From the NCBI GenBank assembly GCA_043228905.1, contig JBHGNT010000007.1, forward strand, positions 8,866,001 to 8,930,000: DNA of 64,000 nt, read 5' to 3'. The stretch comes from Azolla caroliniana. Taxonomy: Eukaryota; Plantae; Polypodiophyta. Each line of letters starts with the position of its first letter. The first letter of the stretch is position 1. Positions 59,039-64,000 of the stretch are shown in pieces. The notes under the pieces were generated by a model, which saw nothing but the letters and a program-made list of their open reading frames with translations, was not told the origin of the DNA and did not search any database. The position numbers were made by a program, and so were the translations under genes.

Positions 59039-61714
59039 AAGGATGGATCACTTTGTCTCGTCGTAGACTACCACAACTTGAATAAGGTCACCATCAGGAA
59101 TAGGTATGCACTTCCCTTTATCTCAAGTCTTTTAGAACGGATCAATGGTGCAAGGTTCTTCACAAAGATCAACTTACGAGGAGCATATAACCTCGTACGG
59201 ATCTGACCAGGATATGAATGGAAGACCGCGTTCCGCACCAGATATGGCACTTCGACTATACAGTCATGCCATTCGGTCTCACTAATGTACCAACAGTCTT
59301 CCAACACATGACAAATGATATATTCCAAGATCTCTTGGATGTTTGTTTGATCATATATTTGGATGGTCTACTGGTTTATTCGAAGACCCAAGAAGAGCAT
59401 GATTCTCATGTACTGTTAGTACTAAAATGGCTTCGAGAACATGGTCTTTATGCAAAACTAGAAAACTGTAGCTTCGAGTGCAACCAGGTGGAATTTCTGG
59501 GCTATGTCATCTCCTCGGAAGGCGTCTCTATGGATCCAGCTAAGGTCAAAATAGTGGTAGAATGGCAGACTCCACGTTCGTTGCGAGATGTCCAATGCTT
59601 TTTAGACTTTGCGAATTTTTACCGCAAGTTTATACAGGATTACTCAAAGCTTATTCTTTCTCTCACACAACTTACCAAGAAGGGGGACTCTTTGTTTGGT
59701 CTAAAGAAGCGGACATGGCTTTTGAGAGTCTTAAGAAAGCATTTACATCAGCTCCTATTCTAGCTCATGTTGATCCGACAAAACCATTCATCATTGAGGT
59801 AGACGCGTCGAATTTCACCTTGGGTAGCATTCTTTCACAACAAGCCGATGATGAAAATCTACATCCTGTGGCTTTCCACTCACGCAAGTTTAACACCACT
59901 GAAATCAACTATGAAATTCACGATAAAGAGTTATTAGTAATAGTGGACTCTTTTACACAATGAAGACATTCTCTAGAGCGATCTTCTCATCAAGTCAATG
60001 ATCACAAAAATCTTGCCTACTTTCAGAATGCTCATGTATTAAATCAACGTCAAGCTTAGTGGGCCCAATTCCTCACTCGTTTCGAGCTCAAAATTACATA
60101 TTGTCCTGGAAAGCAACAAGGGAAGGCAGATGCATTATTGCGGTGCTCGTATCTAGCACCGCATCTCGGTGAGCTAGCATTCGATAACCAAAAGCAAGTA
60201 ATCTTAGGACCAGCACGACTGCAAGCAACGCGGGTTTTCGATATGCCATTGGATTCCCACATTATCAATACCATACGTGAGGACTTGAAGACAGATGCTT
60301 TCGCTCAAGCCATTCTAGCACAAATTGACCCCTCTCGGGCATCTTGTTCATAGTCGCAACAACCAGGTTTGGATTATCGACAATTAGAATGTCATGATGG
60401 ATAACTATTCTTTAAGTGGCTCTTGAATGTTCCTAATGGTTCTTGTCACCTTCGAGTAGTTCAAAATTGTCATGACACATATACAACTGGGCATTTTGGT
60501 AGTACTAAAACATTAGATTTAGTACAACGATCATTCTGGTGGCCCCATATGAGCCGATTTGTCGAAGATTATGTTCGGACATGTGATACATGTTGCAGAG
60601 CAAAGATGCCAAGGCATCATCCATATGGTTTATTGGAACCATTACCAATTCCAAGCAAGTCGTGGCAATCCATTGCTCTAGATTTCATTACAGATCTTCC
60701 AGTTTCTAAGGGATTCAATGTGATCTTAACAGTAGTAGATCGATATACGAAGATGGTCCCTTTCCTACCATATACTAAGGAAATCACTAGTGAAGAAACC
60801 GCTGAAAGTGTCATGCATTAGGTATGTCCGCATTATGGTCCCCCCAATAGTATCATCGACGACTGTGGACCTCAGTTCGTCTCGAAATTCTGGAAGCACC
60901 TCTTCAAAATGCTCAAGGTCACTTGTAACCTCTCCTCCGGTTACCACCCGCAAACAGACGGACACGCAGAACAAACAAATCAAACGTTGGAACAATATCT
61001 TCGGTGTTTCCTAAGCTATCACCAGATGACTAAGAAGATATTCTCCACTTCACCGAATTTGCGTGTAATAACTCTATCCACTCATCGACTAATGTTACAC
61101 CATTTTATGCTTATACGGGCTACCATCCCCGGTGGTGTGTATTCGAAACTCCGGAGTTACCCACAAATCCTTGTGCAGAGAATCGTTTGGAGCAGCTATG
61201 CAAGATATAGGCGGATATATCTACCCATTTAGAACAAGCTCAACAAACCCACAAGGTTTATGCAGATCGTCATCGGCTTCCATTCACTTTTAACATTGGA
61301 GATCAGGTATCGCTATTACGATGACACATCAAGACTAGTCGCCCATGTGATAAATTGGATTATCAGCGATTAGGCCCTTTCCGTATTGACGATGTCACTT
61401 TTCGTCTCGATTTACTGCCGCAACTACAAATACATCCGGTATTTCATAGTTCTCTTCTAGAACCCTATCAGGACAGCACTATCCCAGGTCGTATCAAACA
61501 ACCTCCACCTCCCATCGAACTTGAAGATGGACTTGAGTATGAGGTTTCTGCCATCCTCGATTTCAAGATTGTTCACAACAAGCTCTACTATTTGGTTGAT
61601 TGGCTAGGATATAGTTCCAACGAGCGTACTTGGGAACCAATAGAGAATGTGACCAATGCTCATGCTCTTCTTGAAGACTTCCATCGTCAATATCCAAACA
61701 AACCGGGTTCCTAA
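59039..61714 (+). pseudogene. Element B RT, RNase H, integrase and chromodomain (disrupted)
   Basis: VMPFGLTN, EVDASNF, YEIHDKELL, CHD...GH...CDTC, IALDFITDLP, YHPQTDG; chromodomain YEVSAILD...YYLVDWLGY...TWEPIENV. Confidence 0.92.
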
Positions 61715-61759
61715 TCCAAAACGACTCATAACACTCGTTTTTTTTGAAGGGGGGGATAG

Positions 61760-62053
61760 TGTCATGATATGGCAAGATTCAAACCCATGACCTTATGTTA
61801 CATGGGTTGAGCCCTTACCATTAGACTATACATTATAATACAAAAAATATTATTTTCATTTATTATTTCACTATAGAAAATTGATGTATATTCCAGATTT
61901 CTCTGGAACATTCTAGAAACTTCAAGAGTACTCCTGAAAACACTATATAAGGAGGCACAAGGCATTATTTCGAACCAAATCGGTTCAATGTCAGCCTTAA
62001 GCCTCCTAGCTATCCTTGTATATTCTTTCTACATAATATATCTTTTGTCATCA

Positions 62054-62094
<41 letters not shown>

Positions 62095-62146
62095 TTCTAC
62101 ACCCTCTTTTCCTCTTAGTACTAATCTCCTCTTTGTCTCCGTAGCC
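61760..62146 (+). repeat. 3' LTR of element B (3' end lost at the junction with a copia fragment)
   Basis: TGTCA after the PPT; HSE 61906-61928; TATA 61944-61950; aaatcggttcaa 61977-61988; tail matches the 5' remnant. Confidence 0.8.
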
Positions 62147-63527
62147 GTCTGATCGAAGGCATCAGACATGCCTACCGGTTGCCTTTTCGACTTCGTTTTT
62201 GAACCTTAGGAAGTGTCTGAACACTTCGCTCTTCTGCCGCATGGAGTAGATCCAAGTATGTCTGGAGAAGTCATTGATGAACGTTACATAGTACCAGAAA
62301 CCACCGAATGTTTCTGTGTTGGCTGGTCCCCATACATCTGAATGTATTACATCCAGGATCCCTTTGCTTGTGTTCCTCTACTTTGGGAACAGTTGTCGGT
62401 GTTGTTTGCCGAATTGACAAGCTTCGCACACGCCTGCAATTTCCTTTTCGGTGAAGGTCGGGAGTCTGGTGACAACTCCTTTCGATTGCATTCCCTTGAG
62501 CTTTTGGAGATTCACGTGGCCTATCCTCTTGTGCCACAACTCTATGTCGGCGTCGGCTCTTTGGCCCTTGGCATACATTGCTGAGTTCATCTCGTGAGAG
62601 TCAAGGATGAACATCCGACCTTCTCTCCGACCGTGAACGATAAGTCGGCCTTCTTTTTCAATGAAGCAACCTACATCATTGAAGCGGACTTGCATGCCTT
62701 GTTCGACTCTCTGGCCAACTGAGACCAAGTTCTTTGTTATTGTAGGAACATGCAAAACGTTCTTGATGTATGTTTGGTTGCCTTCTTCCCCAAATGGGAC
62801 ATTGCCGATATGTTGAATGGGGTGAATTGTATCATGCCCAGTTTCCACATAGTCGGGTCATTCAGGCTTTTGTAGGTCCTTGAACCAATCCTCATGGGAT
62901 GTCATGTGGTTCGATGCGTCCAAGTCGACAAACCATACATCTTCTAGTTTGGAGCTGTTGGTCGGGTTTGAGGTTGCCATTGAGTGCGCTCTGTGTCTCA
63001 TCACAAACATTCTGCCACGATTATCGTAGTCGGAGTTGGAGGCGTAGTTTGTGAGTTGTCGGCTTGTGGAGGCCGACTGACTCTTCTTTTTCCGACACTC
63101 TGCCTCATAGAGGCCGAATTTACCACAGTATCCTCACTGAGCGAGATTGTTTTTTCGGTTGGCTCCGGCCTGATTCCTCCCCCTTCTTCCGGATGCTTCG
63201 CCTCATGCGTTTGAGACGTCTTGTCGGTAATAGAAGTTGTGTTCTTGGGGTTGCTCTTGGCCAAATCGTCCTCTTCTCCCCCGACCTTGTCCTCTTCCTC
63301 CATCGAAGTTCGAATAGATCATTTGTCCTTCTTGTGCATTGCTTCTTGTTCGAACATGATTCTCCTCAACCAACAACATCGACAGGAGATCGAAGGAGGG
63401 AGGATTCTCCCTCGCGAGGACTGCCGACTGAATGCTCCTGAACCCGAGGTGTTAAGCCTTCGAGGCAAATCTGCACCATTTCATCATCGTCAATGCTAAC
63501 ATTGATTGACCCGAGGGCATCGCACAG
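62147..63527 (-). mobile_element. Copia internal fragment (gag end, protease, integrase N-terminal part), no LTR
   Basis: VLHVPTITKNLVSVGQ, ELWHKRIGH, CEACQFGKQ; homologous to element C 45660-47120. Confidence 0.85.
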
Positions 63528-64000
63528 ATGAAGAATTCAATTTCGGGTTGGCTAAAGAAGCTGAAGGCGGAAACAAGGGAAGCAACCGAAGGGAAGAACC
63601 GGAGTCAGCCGAACAAGGGGGAGATGAAGCCAAGAAGGGCGAGAAGGCCAAGACCAAGACACGGTCTGATGTGGTTAAGGGCCTGAAGACAAAAGACGAA
63701 TTGGCGACAACCAATTTGGGCAAGAGCGGAAGCGAATCGGAGACAACTGATTTGGTTCGAATGTTCGATTCGGAGACGCCGAATCAACTGAAGGCCAAGC
63801 GAAGGAAAGTGCAGCGTAAGAGGAGTAGCATGATCGTGTGGAGTAGCAAGAAGCAGCCGACAATTGCACTGTCGAGCACAGAGGCTGAGTATCGAGGAGC
63901 GGTTGTCGCAACGTGCGAAGCCATTTGGCTGAAGTGGCTACTTCAGGACCTGCAGGTGGAGGTGTTCGATCCGACGAGGATACTGCGACAACCTCAGCAA
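63528..64000 (+). mobile_element. Scrambled copia fragments: 3'-extension piece followed by an RNase H piece
   Basis: 63528-63830 matches 9571-9860; 63831-64000 matches 338-510 (WSSKKQPT...EAEYRG). Confidence 0.8.

Larger units (their letters stand above)
33833..62146 (+). mobile_element. Element B: decayed chromovirus (Tcn1/Tf1-like Ty3/gypsy with chromodomain), both LTRs truncated, host of nested elements C, D, E and F
   Basis: 5' LTR remnant 33833-33876 matches 62113-62146; self-priming PBS 33879-33890; coding pieces rejoin across TSDs cggac and agaaa; PPT 61746-61759; 3' LTR from 61760. Confidence 0.85.

Overview
Eukaryotic plant nuclear DNA, probably from a fern or other non-seed vascular plant (inferred from PPR style and retrotransposon lineages). 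Roughly three quarters of the window is nested retrotransposons around a two-gene island. The island holds an intronless EF-hand/TPR/ZZ gene (14712-17333 +) and a convergent PLS-class E-type PPR gene (18155-20335 -). Nesting was resolved from LTR pairs, PBS/PPT sites and target-site duplications (TSDs). (1) A non-coding LTR element A (1709-10575) holds a decayed copia, which holds a solo LTR. (2) A 5'-truncated L1 LINE holds an intact Tnt1/Tork-like copia (24908-30252). (3) A decayed chromovirus B (~33833-62146) holds a minus-strand copia C and an Athila/OTA-like gypsy F with a large extra ORF; C in turn holds a solo LTR D and a tRNA-Trp-primed gypsy E. The strongest candidate for an undescribed system is a shared chromovirus-type LTR layout: antisense tRNA-like A/B-box module, heat-shock-element cluster, TATA box and Tf1-type self-priming sequence. 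Element A uses this LTR and carries, in place of genes, an array of 18 hairpins with compensatory base changes. Other notable signals are CG-centred 4-bp TSDs for one gypsy group and duplicated, hairpin-enclosed PPTs in three copia copies. All coordinates and comparisons were read by eye and may be off by a few bases; no database searches were run.
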